Positions 24,799 to 36,697 of a stretch of 64,000 bases of DNA are shown piece by piece; the first letter of the stretch is position 1; each line of letters begins with the position of its first letter. This DNA comes from Phoronis australis. Its lineage: Eukaryota; Animalia; Phoronida. The stretch is taken from NCBI GenBank assembly GCA_002633005.1, contig NMRA01000630.1, positions 130,331 through 194,330 of the forward strand. The letters are read 5' to 3'. The notes under the pieces were generated by a model that worked only from the letters and a program-made list of their open reading frames with translations, was not told the DNA's origin and did no database searches. A program made the position numbers and the translations under genes.

Positions 24799-25132
24799 NN
24801 NNNNNNNNNNNNNNNNNNNNNNNNNNNNNNNNNNNNNNNNNNNNNNNNNNNNNNNNNNNNNNNNNNNNNNNNNNNNNNNNNNNNNNNNNNNNNNNNNNNN
24901 NNNNNNNNNNNNNNNNNNNNNNNNNNNNNNNNNNNNNNNNNNNNNNNNNNNNNNNNNNNNNNNNNNNNNNNNNNNNNNNNNNNNNNNNNNNNNNNNNNNN
25001 NNNNNNNNNNNNNNNNNNNNNNNNNNNNNNNNNNNNNNNNNNNNNNNNNNNNNNNNNNNNNNNNNNNNNNNNNNNNNNNNNNNNNNNNNNNNNNNNNNNN
25101 NNNNNNNNNNNNNNNNNNNNNNNNNNNNNNNN
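24799..25132. other. assembly gap (334 N)
   Basis: run of n. Confidence 1.
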
Positions 25133-25289
25133 GAAACGCTTGCCTCCTAAAACGTCACTTCCGGAGTAGCGGACGAGTAATTTATAAAATTACGAAAAGC
25201 TGTAATTAAGTGGAAAATATGTCTAGGATAACCAACCAATCTTATTTTAGCTCAAAATGACATGGAAAAAGGTTGCCTTCGCCTATAAA

Positions 25290-25355
25290 TCGTGGTGGAG
25301 TAGTGGTAACGCACGCGCTCTAAACGCAAGGTCGTGAGTTCGAGTCTTTGGTACT
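25290..25355 (+). repeat. degenerate tRNA-derived sequence (SINE-head-like)
   Basis: A-box-like TGGAGTAGTGGT and B-box-like GAGTTCGAGTC; acceptor and anticodon stems not intact. Confidence 0.45.
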
Positions 25356-28300
25356 TGCAGTTTTTCCTGTTTGACACGTTCTCAGTGAATTTTTTTGCCT
25401 TTTTCTTGAATAATACTTCAGGAATCAAGGAAAATGCTTGATTTTTAGAGGTAAAAACAGAAAAATTTCCTGCTCGGGAGGGGGGTTTCCCCATTCGGTG
25501 CTATGCGCATCTACAATCGTGGTTCAGTTTGCGCAAATGTTTACAGCCGGACAAAATGTTGGCCCCCCCTTGTGATATCCTAGATCCGCCAGTGCTCTGA
25601 ATACTGACGGTCGTCATGGACTGTTGCGGCAAATTCGTGACTTAAAATGAGCACTGCGCTCAAATATAAACATCCGGGCGTCTGTTCAAACCTCAAGGAA
25701 GTTTGACTAATAATGACGCTGGCAATAATAAGATCTAACACTTGTTCTCTACAACAAGGAACTAGGTTTTGAACAAACTGTATAATTATTTGACTTTCAA
25801 ATTAGTTGATTCCCATGGAGGGCTGCTGCACGTGCAGAACTACACTTACAAGTTTCTGGCGAAGTGATTACTTACAATCGTAACAGATTCGGGTTATTTT
25901 TGTGCCTTGGAAAGAGTACGGGAGGACCCGGGGTAATGGTCGGATGTAACGTGCCCTAATTTTTGAGAACTAGTTTTCTCCACTAACGAGCTTCAAACTG
26001 GTTCTCATGGGAACGTTGTATCCGACTATTGCCGGACAATGACTTAAACAACCTATGAGAACAACTCCCCTGGTCTCTAGCTGCAGCAATACAGCTCTCA
26101 AGCTGCTGTTATGTTTATAACTTAGAAAGTGTTCACTTACCCACCCCCAGTTATTACTACTAGTAATAATAAAGACTGGAACTTAACACCCAGCCTAGTA
26201 TTCTGTACACGCTATAAATGAATGTTTATTAAATATTTAAAGACTTTTCGTTAAAATGTACAAAAACAACATATAAAACAGTGTATGAGATGACATCGAT
26301 TTTTTTCTACATCCAATATTTATGATTTTGCAACGTAATAAGTTGATGTGAAGGTGGTGTATGAATACAAAACTTGTAGTAATTTTCATGACAGGGTTTG
26401 GTGTTTTATTACAAGCTTTTCAGTTTCATTCGTGCACTTTGGTATTTTGTACTAGTGGATATAATAGTTTTACAGCTGTGCCACATATTGAGAACTATTT
26501 CAGTTGCGCAATTATATGTCTCTGTGTAATTTGGTTAAGCAGAATTCACTGGTGTCATCCATTTAAATGAACACCTGTGAGTAGAACAAGACACAAAATA
26601 ATGGCAAACTTAAATAAAGTTGGCAACAGTTGTCAAGAGAATCTTAGACAATATTAACCTAAATAAGCAATCTTGTTTATTCATCATTTATACTTTTTCA
26701 CTTGAATGTGTAAACTAAAAATGGTCACTAAAGTAAAACTAATTCTCCATTTTCGTACAAGTATTAAAAGAAACACTCTGAACAAGCTTACTGTACACTT
26801 TATATGCATCCCAACATGAGACTGAAGCTAACCAAGGTGACCTTACAGCTATGGTAGAGTGCCATTTGACTATGATTTGGCCATACATGTTCAGTCAAAC
26901 GTTCCACATATGCTTGGTACAACATTGAAGTGAACAGGTAGGTCAAATACACATTTGCGTCATGTGGCAGTAACTGTGTATTGCTTCAGTTCCTAGAATA
27001 CCATGAACAAAACTCTACATCCTGCATGTCTCTTTTTATTCTATTTGTTTTGATAGTGTGGCTCGTGAGCTACAACCATTTCAGATAGCGTGGGGTCTGA
27101 GACTGATTCTTATGATTGACATATTTCCCGAATAATAGATAAATGATACGTGCGTCATAAGCTCGTTACCAGCCATACGTGACAGTGGAGATAAAGCCAG
27201 GAAAAATACATTGGGAGCTTGAGTCCCAAGACAGCACCAAAATACCCCTGCAACACATTAAAGCTCATTAAGAACATAGAAAATAGCTACCCGTGTACTA
27301 AATACATGTATAGCTGTAAACAACAGTTTGCCTACCGATACGTGAAACTTAATTCTTTCTCAAGATCTTATCACACAGAGAAGAAGATCAGACGGTGGCA
27401 AAAAGTAACGCAAATTGAGGTCCACCTTATGAAACATAAATGTTGATAACATTGAATTTTGTAACACATAAAACGCTATAGTCCACGCTATAATGACAGG
27501 AAATGGTGACAAACTCCCAAAGAATCATATCCCCTCTCACTAAGTCTTGATCAGCTATAAAATCGTACTTTTGTTTGATTCTTATAACAGCAAATCAAAG
27601 TATCCCCTGGCCTTAAAAGTGGCAATCCCAGGTGGCCATCTGGTTGTTTCCTAAACTTTTATGTAAGATTCTGTTGCAGGGAACACGCCTAAAATCTGAA
27701 CTGAACCAACATGTCTCTGAAAAAAAGCTGAGCAGAAGTTGAAGGCTAATTAGTGCATTCACCTCACGTAGGCGAACAGAATTTCGTTTTATATATGAGC
27801 TAACCTATTTGTTGTATGATGTTTAAGCATTTACACCTTAAAAGAAAAGTTAGCGTTGTTAGCTGTGTGTGGTTGGAAATATTCTTATAACTGCAGCAAC
27901 ATTCAGTTAATGAATGTGCTTATTTAAGAAAGCAAGTGAAAATTCAAAAATAATTTCAATATTCATTTGGCCACAGACTAATAAGATTTTCAGTTTCTAC
28001 TGAACATCCATTGACTGTGCTAAAATATATGTGCATCCAACAGTGTGTGTACACCGTTCCTATTCTGCATCTATTTGTCATGTTCTGTTCTACACCACTA
28101 TGCTTATAATTAAATAAGTGAAATACAACTACCGTTCCTCTGCATCCATGCTATTTTATCATTGTTTGCAATTACCTCTGATGAATGTTAAAGTTTTACA
28201 ATTCAGTTCCTGAAACTTTGGTTCAAACTGTGTCTCATTAGTTACTCGCCACTATTTCTTGTACAAACAAGTTATGAAGAAACGGAGATTGTTTATTTTA

Positions 28301-28960
28301 TACAAGCTTTGTTGTTAGAACTACAAGCGATATTTGATTTTACGGTCATTTCTTGGACTTTCCTGAGTCCTGATTTGATCTGTAGGTTTTGAAAATTTTC
28401 CATTGACGTTGTGCAATGCTTTGTTTAACATTTGTATAAATAATAATGCGATTCTGAGTATATGTTAAAACTGGTATTTCGTGTTTTCAGTTGTCTCACT
28501 GGTTCATCTATATAATCCCCCATGTTCGCATTTACCACTGAAAGCTTGGTTATAAACTGTTCTTTTGGTTTATATTCCTCAAATTGTTTATTAAACTGAT
28601 GCAGCTGGTCAAAAGTAGTTCCATCCATTCATTTGTGGTTTTGGAGTATGGGTCTGATGTGTCTGTCAGCAATTAGCCCGGTGCTTATTGTAGATAGATA
28701 TTGTTTATGATAAGGGTTTGAAAAATTTGAGACCAGGCAAACAATGTGATGCAAATGGTAAAAACAATATTTCAGTGAACTAAGGCAAAATTGTATCCTA
28801 GACAGATAGTGTATAGCAAGCTGTCGCGTTTGAATAACTCAGCGACTGCTATAGGTAGAGGAAGCGATTTCCACTGTAGGAGATGTTTTCAAGCGTTCAA
28901 ACAATGAAACTGATCGAAGGGCCAAGCCGCTAAACAACGTGAGGTCATTTACATCCGGTT

Positions 28961-30606
28961 CAGAGCCGTAGGAAGCGGGGGGAGGCCGGGGGTCACCGCC
29001 CCCAAAAAAATTCAGGTGTCAGGGTTAAACCGTGGCAACCGACATAGGCGTGGGGCCGGGGACAGTCGAGAAAAGAAAGACTGCGAAATACGGATAAGAG
29101 AAAAAATTCAAGAGAGCATTTAACAACTCGATCTGCATGAGTGCATGGTTTACCTTTTGAGGATCCTGGCCAGGACATTGTCGTTAGGGTCTCCGCTTTT
29201 GCAGCACAGGTCGTCTAAACGCACTTGAAAACGTGCACGAAATCAGTCACACATATACTTCGAAATATCGAGAAAATTTGTAAAGCGAAGCTTTTGCGGA
29301 GCGTACTAATTTACTGGATTTTTAAATTCAATAAGTAAATTTTGCGATTGCAAAACTATTTTTCCATCTGCCCCTCTCTGGACGGGGATAACGGAGACAA
29401 CTTTCATTTTATTTTTTCTCGAAAGTGTATGTTACTTGAGAAAATCTCCTGATATTTGAAAATACAGATATTTTCATATTGAGGGGCCCCGCCCTTGAAG
29501 GAGGCCATTGATGACATTCAAGTGGTCACCCTTTTTGTGTTTTTATTAACAAATTCTTAAAGGACCGCTCACGGAGAGAGGGCACAATGTTGTAATCGAT
29601 TACCTATATTTTCCTATTTTTGTGAAATCCTGCAACGGGCTTTCATAATGAAGGAGGTCACTCCCTGCATCATTTTGGAACACACGACGGTGGAATGCAC
29701 TGTCATTCTTTTTTCCAAGCTTAATGACGTTTAGACTTTCATCTTCAGGTGTCCCATTTCAGACGGTACCCTCTTTCGGTGGAATAGTTCGGGGGAAATG
29801 TCTTTTTGTCCCTCTATACATGTAAATCCGACACTGCTAAGTATTCATAATGGAAGTTGAAATTCCAAATTCATCAAAAAATACAAAAACACTCGTGTAC
29901 AGCACAGCTAATCGACCCAAACAACCAAAAATGTAAAAAATACAGTAGGATTGCCCCCTTCGAAAGCGTACTAGAATTTTGAAGAACGTGAAGACCACTA
30001 TTTGTGAATTACACAAATGGACTATTTCCGGTGGTTACTTATAAAATAATGCTATTGTTTCCCATAGTATCACAAGAATAGTACCGGTATCTCTTTTGAA
30101 GATGGTTAATATGAGTTGTTTGTAAGGAATTCCCACATGTGGAAAACATTGCAGTGTAGGATAGATACTATTTGTAATATCGAAAGGGGTACTCAAAGAA
30201 CTCTTACAATCATAAACAAAGATTTCAGCGTTTTTGTCAGTGGAGTTGGTGTTTTTAGTTTCCAATAGTATTAAGCAATAAATTTTTGTTCTTCAAAACT
30301 GAATTGATTGCTTGTCCTTATTCGCGTGCACATCATGACTGACCTACCAACGTTAAAAATGAGATGAAACCATGCAGTTGGCTCGCGCAGAATCTCAGTG
30401 ATCCACGGGAACTGAATTTGAACATTCAGTGTGGGACACACTATCGACCGTTTCCCTAGCCACCAGAAACTGGACTACCGGTCGTCGGTATTTCAACTAA
30501 GCATTTTGAAACAGCCACGTGGCGGAGGTAGTGGCGATGGGGGAGGGGGTTGTTTGGCGAAGTCGAAATGGTTTGTGCCCCCCAATATTTTCTTCCTACG
30601 GGCCTG
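28961..30606. mobile_element. 1.65-kb non-autonomous DNA transposon, 5-bp TSD CGGTT
   Basis: CGGTT|CAGAGCCGTAGGAAG ... CTTCCTACGGGCCTG|CGGTT; no transposase ORF inside. Confidence 0.8.
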
Positions 30607-30790
30607 CGGTTAAGATTGATTTGTAGGAGTTTAACAGTCATGCAGAAAAATTGGGTCAAGACGAGACGGGCTTTTTTTGATCAAACAAACTAGGGCATAG
30701 CAGGGTTCAGAGGTTTTTCGAAACTCGCTCTATCCACCTATCGTCCATTGCTGTTTTCACACGCGCTATAGCGGCTTTTTATCGGGGCTT

Positions 30791-30797
30791 TATATAG
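30791..30797 (+). promoter_or_regulatory. putative TATA box of the methyltransferase gene
   Basis: TATATAG 95 bp upstream of ATG 30886. Confidence 0.4.
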
Positions 30798-30885
30798 GGA
30801 CACAAACAGGTGCTTTTAAAGTGCAAAAAGCAGCTAGGTGACATTGCCAACGCAAAAGGGTGGAAGAGAGGTCTAGCTGGGCGTC

Positions 30886-31536
30886 ATGAATGCTAAGGCT
30901 AAGGAGTTGGGGATTGATGGAAAGGTTAAGAAAATGTTAAATGAAGTCTACTTCGGAGGACATTCCAAGTTTGACAATTGGGTTGATGATTACGACAACG
31001 ATTTACCTGCAGAGGTTTACCAGGCCCCCGTCATGACATCCAAAGTTGTTGCTGAAGCGTTGGGCTCGCGCAAGGACGTGCGTATCGTTGATTTTCTCGC
31101 TGGAACGGGGTTAGTCGCTGAAGAGCTTCAGCGGCACGGTTTTACAAACATCGACGCCGTCGACGCTAACGCGGAAATGTTGGAACGTGCCAGAAAGAAG
31201 AATTTGTACAGGAACATATATTGCGAATTTATTTCGTCTATACCGACCCCAGGATTGGAGGCGGACGCCTATGACGTGGCGGTGTCTGTTGGATCGTTCT
31301 ATCCAGGAGGTCTGCAATGCGACGCCCTGTTCGAATTCATAAGGGTGGTGAAGAAAGGAGGGTTGATTACTTTTGGAATGAATATGGAGTTTGACTCGCC
31401 ATATAAGCCAGAGGAATGCGAGAGTTTATTAAGAAAATTAGAAAACGATGGAAAGGCTAAGCTGTTAACTATGCATGAAAACAATGGTTGGATCCTGGAA
31501 CAAAGAGGGATTGTGTACACACTACAAGTTCTCTAA
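30886..31536 (+). CDS. class I SAM-dependent methyltransferase, METTL27/WBSCR27-like, 216 aa, single coding exon
   Basis: Intact ORF; FDNWVDDYDND N-terminal motif, motif I IVDFLAGTGLV, motif II IDAVDANAEML, YDVAVSVG, EFIRVVKKGG; this layout is typical of METTL27-like enzymes. Confidence 0.88.
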   Translation: MNAKAKELGIDGKVKKMLNEVYFGGHSKFDNWVDDYDNDLPAEVYQAPVMTSKVVAEALGSRKDVRIVDFLAGTGLVAEELQRHGFTNIDAVDANAEMLERARKKNLYRNIYCEFISSIPTPGLEADAYDVAVSVGSFYPGGLQCDALFEFIRVVKKGGLITFGMNMEFDSPYKPEECESLLRKLENDGKAKLLTMHENNGWILEQRGIVYTLQVL

Positions 31537-32701
31537 TTTGCATAACATGACCAAGGCTTGAGTTAAGACTATTGATCTTTGTTTATGTTGTCTTTACTAG
31601 CTGAACACGATAGCGGCTATTTTAGCTTATTAACAGATATTAAATGCGACTTTCACATCCAGCTCTCTGAAACAAATTATTCTTTGCACCTCTCGACAAC
31701 CCTCGAAAGATTTGATCAAAATCTGAAATTTTCATTCCGTCTGGTAAACGGGCAAGCGTAACTATTAATGTGCTTCATGCCAGTGCTGCAGCAGGCAGGG
31801 TAGTGCGCGCATAGATTAAAGGTACGCCTTGCTTACTTGAAATATGAGTTGAGTGAAACCTAATGTATTTTACTACTAGTTTAAAGGTACATTATCGCTG
31901 AGAAAGATAATTTTCTGAGACTAACCCGAGCATTAAATGTGGCAGTCAAACCACGCTCTGCTGGCGGAATAAAATACCAAGCGATGATTGTCATAGAATT
32001 TGAAGCAGTAATAAATGCTATATGCATCAAGGATTTTGATTTCAATGAATGTTTGTCAGATAATGTCGAGAATTCGTGATTTTTAGTAAACTCATCATAG
32101 ATTTTGTTGTTACATAATTCTGATCAAAGGCACTACAAGAAGTCTATCCCATCCAACAGTTATCCATGAAATTATTTTTTCGGCATCAAAACCTATATCG
32201 CTGAAAACTACATTTTCTCCCTACTTGACTGCTTAAGAACGGAAATCTATACCGGCCTTTTACTCTCATGCAAGCGATGTCAAACATTTTGATAGGATGC
32301 CATTTGTGCAATGAGCAAGTATATCGTGCGACCCACTAAGCGGTTGGCTATGCCTAAATTTGCAAATTCGAAAATGGTCCATGTGTGCATTACCTATGAC
32401 TTTCAAGCATTACGAATACGGCGAACTCTAGACGCACATTGTGCTGACTGAGTTCAGTCAGTTCGCTTCAGCGGCAAATGTGTGGCTCGATATTGATAAC
32501 TATTGCAGCTCAAAACAAAATCACATGTGTAACAGACACTTTAAAGGAGAATGCCACCCGATTTAATAAGTCTTTTTTACCGTCTTGATCGGTCTATATC
32601 CACATCGCCTCTTACGGTCGACTTCACCTTGCCGAGAGATGTCGCATTAACCTGAAGGTGAGAAGCGACGCAGCGACGTCAATGGTTCGTCTGCAGAGTG
32701 A

Positions 32702-32950
32702 ATGCCGCTATATTGCGGTGCAACGGTTCCCGCTTGTCCGAACTATGAAGCTGCGAAGAAAGCGGGTATATCGTTTTTTTTTGACTTCCTCGAGAGCCCG
32801 AAATGCTTAGGAAGTGGCTAGCGGTAGTGATGAATGAAAGGTACGCTGTTAATAGCAAGTATGAGGCCGTGAAACATCTCCGTGTGTGTGGCCGGCATTT
32901 CGTCGACAGTGATTTCTCTGACGAATTCCGGCTTACCAAAGAACTATCCA
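32702..32950 (+). pseudogene. frameshifted THAP (C2CH) zinc-finger domain
   Basis: MPLYCGATVPACPNY...GISFF, frameshift in poly-T at ~32774-32782, then LPREPEMLRKWL...LRVCGRHFVDSDF; carries the C-C, P, W and CxxHF THAP signature. Confidence 0.75.
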
Positions 32951-33573
32951 TACGTTCCGTTGCCTATGCATGTTCACGGCACCTATCTGGTATTTCTTGA
33001 TCAGTGCATTTCGGTTCGAATTTTGCTGATAGCCTGTGAAACCTAACGATCGGACCCGTGAAGTCTTCGTCGGAGGAGTTCCTGACTAAGTCGGGATTGG
33101 TGTCGTGTAGACGTTTATTATTCTGCGTTCTGTTTCAAAATGAATTATTTTCATCCTAAAATGATCCTAACCAATGCTTATATGAAACTGAAACAAAGTC
33201 TGTCTCAAGTCGATACAATTTGTAATGCCTTGGAGTGCTCGTGAGAGCAAATGTTTTGAGAAGCCAGCAATGAATAAACCACTGCGTTACCGGCTTTTGA
33301 TGCCGGCAACAAAGGTAACTGATCGGGCACCGGGGGCGTGTGAACGCATACTAATCCAGTGTTTGCTGACAGAAAGCTGTTGTGAAACAATTACTCGATT
33401 TTATATGCTATGGTCACGTATTAAGGGAATCTTTATTTAGAAATACAAATACATCATTCAAATCATTGTTACTGTACAACCTTTGCCCTGACGGTCTGTG
33501 GAAGGGGAACCCGACTTCGCGGCCCCGGACAAGTAGATTTTCAGTTTCGTGGCTAATTCACATTACGTCGTGT

Positions 33574-33628
33574 TCAATGCGTCCGTGCCCGTGTTTATGA
33601 GTCCGTTGACCGTGTAGTTTAGGTACCT
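33574..33628. mobile_element. end fragment of the GGTACCTAAACTACAC palindromic MITE family
   Basis: CGTGTTTATGAGTCCGTTGACCGTGTAGTTTAGGTACC matches the termini of 56980-57333 and 58241-58683. Confidence 0.7.
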
Positions 33629-34243
33629 TGTATTATAGTCTTTTTGTGACTGGAGGTTTAGTTTCCAACTCAAGCTGGTTTGTGTTCGTGCCAGTCCCGG
33701 CGGCCGCGACGGGCCTGATCGGGTTCCGAGCCACTGACCGGGATAACGAGCGTTTTGTGTGTTTAGAACTAAAAAAATCACAAGTATAAACAACACAGAT
33801 CTAGGTTCTCCTGTCTGTATTTCACGGAGAATACTTAGAATTTATCTCCGAACAGAACCCAAACTCCTGCTACGAACCTTGGTAAATTGGCCTGCCGAAC
33901 TTTGTAGGTTACGGTGAGTCCAAATACCAGTAAATCCGACGTAACAGAGAAATAAAACAACACGTTTTTATTAGAACTGGGTGTATTTTTAAAGGTTTTA
34001 CATCGAAGTTTGACGATTTATTGGTGTTAAACGATGACTTCAAGCGATAAGCTGACACCAATAAACTGCGTGTGAAACCAATTACGTTATTGGATAATTT
34101 CAACACCTCCGTCTGCGTCAGGTGTCAGGTAACGCAACCGAACCTGCCGTTATCGAGTAGAACTTCTCGATCTAAATTGATACAAAGTGGGTTGTTTTTT
34201 TGGTGGCATTCTCCTTTAATCATGCACAAAGGACAGCAGCGTT

Positions 34244-34483
34244 CACGTGCGCACCCAGCGGGGGGCTCGAACGAATCCCCCATTTGGCGAAGTGGGCAAA
34301 AAGGTCCGCCTCAGAGAAACAAAAAGTGCGAGAAAACGAGACAAAAGTTAACTAAAAAGACACAGACGCACACTTCTGAAGGTGGTACCCCGTGTTTTTT
34401 TAGTCCTCTCGATGTTTTGTCAGCAAAAGGTCCACAGCGACAGATTTTCGAGCCTCCCATTTTCAAGGCTAGGTGCGCGCATG
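34244..34483. mobile_element. second copy of the CATGCGCGCACCCA MITE
   Basis: Colinear similarity to 23949-24220 (CCCCATTTGG.GAAGTGG.CAAAAA.GTCCGCCTCAGAGAAACAAAAAGT); TSD not preserved. Confidence 0.8.
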
Positions 34484-34967
34484 TTTTGATTGCTATTTTT
34501 CTTAAAACATTGTTGCTTTGATACAATGACGTGAGAGATGATTTGTACGTCAATTATCATGAAATTCCCGTAGCTCTATTACGTACATGTATGAGGTTGT
34601 GATCGATTTTTTAATTTCGCGTGGTAAAGCAAGGTTAAAACAAGAAAGTACGCTTACTTTTGAGAAATGTAAAAATGACGTCAGTCAAAAAAAAAATTTA
34701 AAAAGCAAACAGCATTACACAAGAGCGAAGATTTTATGTACAGATGGACAGTTACCGCTGTCAGTAAAAATACATGGAGAAAACGATGAGACATGAAGAC
34801 ATTAAAATGTAAAAACGACAAAAAATGACCTTCATGCACTTGAACAGCAAAAACAGTTTAGTGCTACGGGGTTTGGGAATAGTTTTGTTGTGTCAGTTGC
34901 TGTTACTGTCTCTCAGTGTTTGGGGGTGTTTCAAGTTTCTGTGACTCTAAATCTATTAATGGCCACA

Positions 34968-35130
34968 CAAAGGCAGATCCAGTGGGGTTAAGGGAGTTCG
35001 GACCCCAACTTTTTCCCCCGGATTTTAGTGATATCAAATCCAGAATTTTCTAATTGCTGACTCGAGCCACCTCTTTTTAAAAATCCTTGATCCGCCCCCC
35101 CCCCCTTTAAAAATCCTGGATCTGCCCCTG
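34968..35130. mobile_element. short MITE of the GGCGGATCC/GGATCCGCC terminal family
   Basis: AGGCAGATCCAG ... AAATCCTGGATCTGCCCCTG, with a duplicated right end. Confidence 0.55.
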
Positions 35131-35454
35131 TTGAGTCGCTTTTTGGGACTTTTTCATGTAAAGGGGCACTGACCCTTTACTTGAATGTAAAATGTCATAA
35201 GGTGTGAATTTTCGAAACAAAGATTTGGACCCGTGTTTGGATGACGTAAGAGTGCAGTTTTTGGACACTGACGTAAGAAACATTTGATGGTTGCAGGAGG
35301 AAAATCTGTCAATTTTTCGATTTTATTTTAAAACAAAGTTTGTATGTTAAAAGTTTTAATAACCAATTGTTAATTGATATTAGCAATTGTAATATTGGGG
35401 GCAGAAAGCTATCTCCGCCCTCAACCAAAAGATTGAGGTGCGCCCGTCATCCCN

Positions 35455-36697
35455 AGGATGCAGGATTGCAGAGATATTTTTTAAACTTTGTCATTAAAAT
35501 TGGGCTCAACATTATTTTGCGTTTCCTGATCTACTCGTGGAAGACATTGAACAGTTTGTATGCAAGTTGTATAGCGACTCATCATCGGCAGTTAAAAAAG
35601 CACGCTTCCACATACTCAGGTTGAAATCTGTGATGGAATCATCTCTGCTTCCTAATCGTGATTGTTTGCTGTTACATGCCAAAAGAACAAACTACCAGTG
35701 TGCCATTCACAAACGAGCCTTGCAACAGCATGTCAGTGCACCATCTCCAGTTCAGTGGTAACGGGTGACTTTTGGAGTAGGGTAGCCTGAATTTCCACTG
35801 GATGACTATGCCTTTAGCCCCTGAAAATGTCATGAAAAATGTTAATTGTATATGTAAAAAGAGTGGTTGTAGTACAAAAGTGTGCTCTTGTTTGAAGTGG
35901 AGCATGCCATGTTCAAAGTTGTGACTGTCGAGATTGTGAACACGGTGTCTCAAGAAACGACTTTTGATGACACTAAGAATGAATATAAACAATGGAGTTG
36001 ATGAGCAAACTTTTAAAGCGTGTGCTATGTTGTTGAAAAAGTTAAATTTGTTGCCTAATGGAAAATATATACATTTTATCATGCTTATGGATGTCAGGAC
36101 TGAACGGTGTATTGTTCCCTGTGACTGTTGACTATGAACTGCAATGTGAAAAATGATTAATTGTGACAGTTAATGAAAGTAATGGCAATTAATTCATTGC
36201 AGAAACGTTGGAAATGTATGTTGTTTGTTCATATGTAGGTTGTGATATCAAATCTTTATCAAGTTCCAAATGGTTAACACTAGTATAACAGTTATTGTTC
36301 TTTTGGTAGTTCAGAATATAGTAGTACGTTTTCTGGCCAACAGGAGACGCTGCTAAAACTTTCCTAGTCTTTTTTGTGTAATTTTCCACCTAATATCATA
36401 ATATATGTCACTTTTCTTGTCCAGTAACTTCAAATGAACTAAACCCAATCAAATTATCTTTCAGTTTGGGTCTAGTGTTGTTGGTTTTTGAAGATTGGTT
36501 TTCTGTGCCAAATTTTGCAAAAAATCAGATTTTTATGACAAATTTGTCGAGAACGTGCGAGTCAAACCTTGGGAGCTTTATAGATTCTTAAAGTATAGTA
36601 CTTATTGACCTTATAAATACCAAAATTATCTTGCCCCCAAAAAGTAGCCACGGAAGTGATTTTCTGGGCTTCCTAGAGTCGAAAGGACCATGGCCTA
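35455..36697 (+). mobile_element. Academ-like transposon 3' remnant (post-XPG region plus Cys8 finger)
   Basis: IEQFVCKLY...LLPNRDCLLLHAKRTNYQ...PSP / WMTMPLAPENVMKNVNCICKKSGCSTKVCSCLKWSMPCSKLC.C..CE with stops and frameshifts; possible terminus ...CCATGGCCTA at 36697; begins at a single-N join. Confidence 0.6.

Larger units (their letters stand above)
24780..25594. mobile_element. non-autonomous DNA transposon, 5-bp TSD CTCTG, spanning the assembly gap
   Basis: CTCTG|CATAAGTGGATTTAGG ... CCTAGATCCGCCAGTG|CTCTG. Confidence 0.7.
32545..34215 (+). mobile_element. Kolobok-like non-autonomous DNA transposon, TTAA TSD, with THAP remnant
   Basis: TTAA|AGGAGAATGCCACC ... GGTGGCATTCTCCT|TTAA (perfect 14-bp TIR). 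Confidence 0.8.

Noticed and set aside
24763-25209. ORFs spanning X runs
   Set aside because: Artefacts of the N gap
25290-25355. Functional tRNA gene
   Set aside because: Acceptor and anticodon stems cannot be formed; treated as a SINE-like relic
27900-28700. Possible decayed transposase on the minus strand (ORF 28425-28628 and a CRIG..TVGC-like stretch)
   Set aside because: Too fragmentary to assign without a profile search
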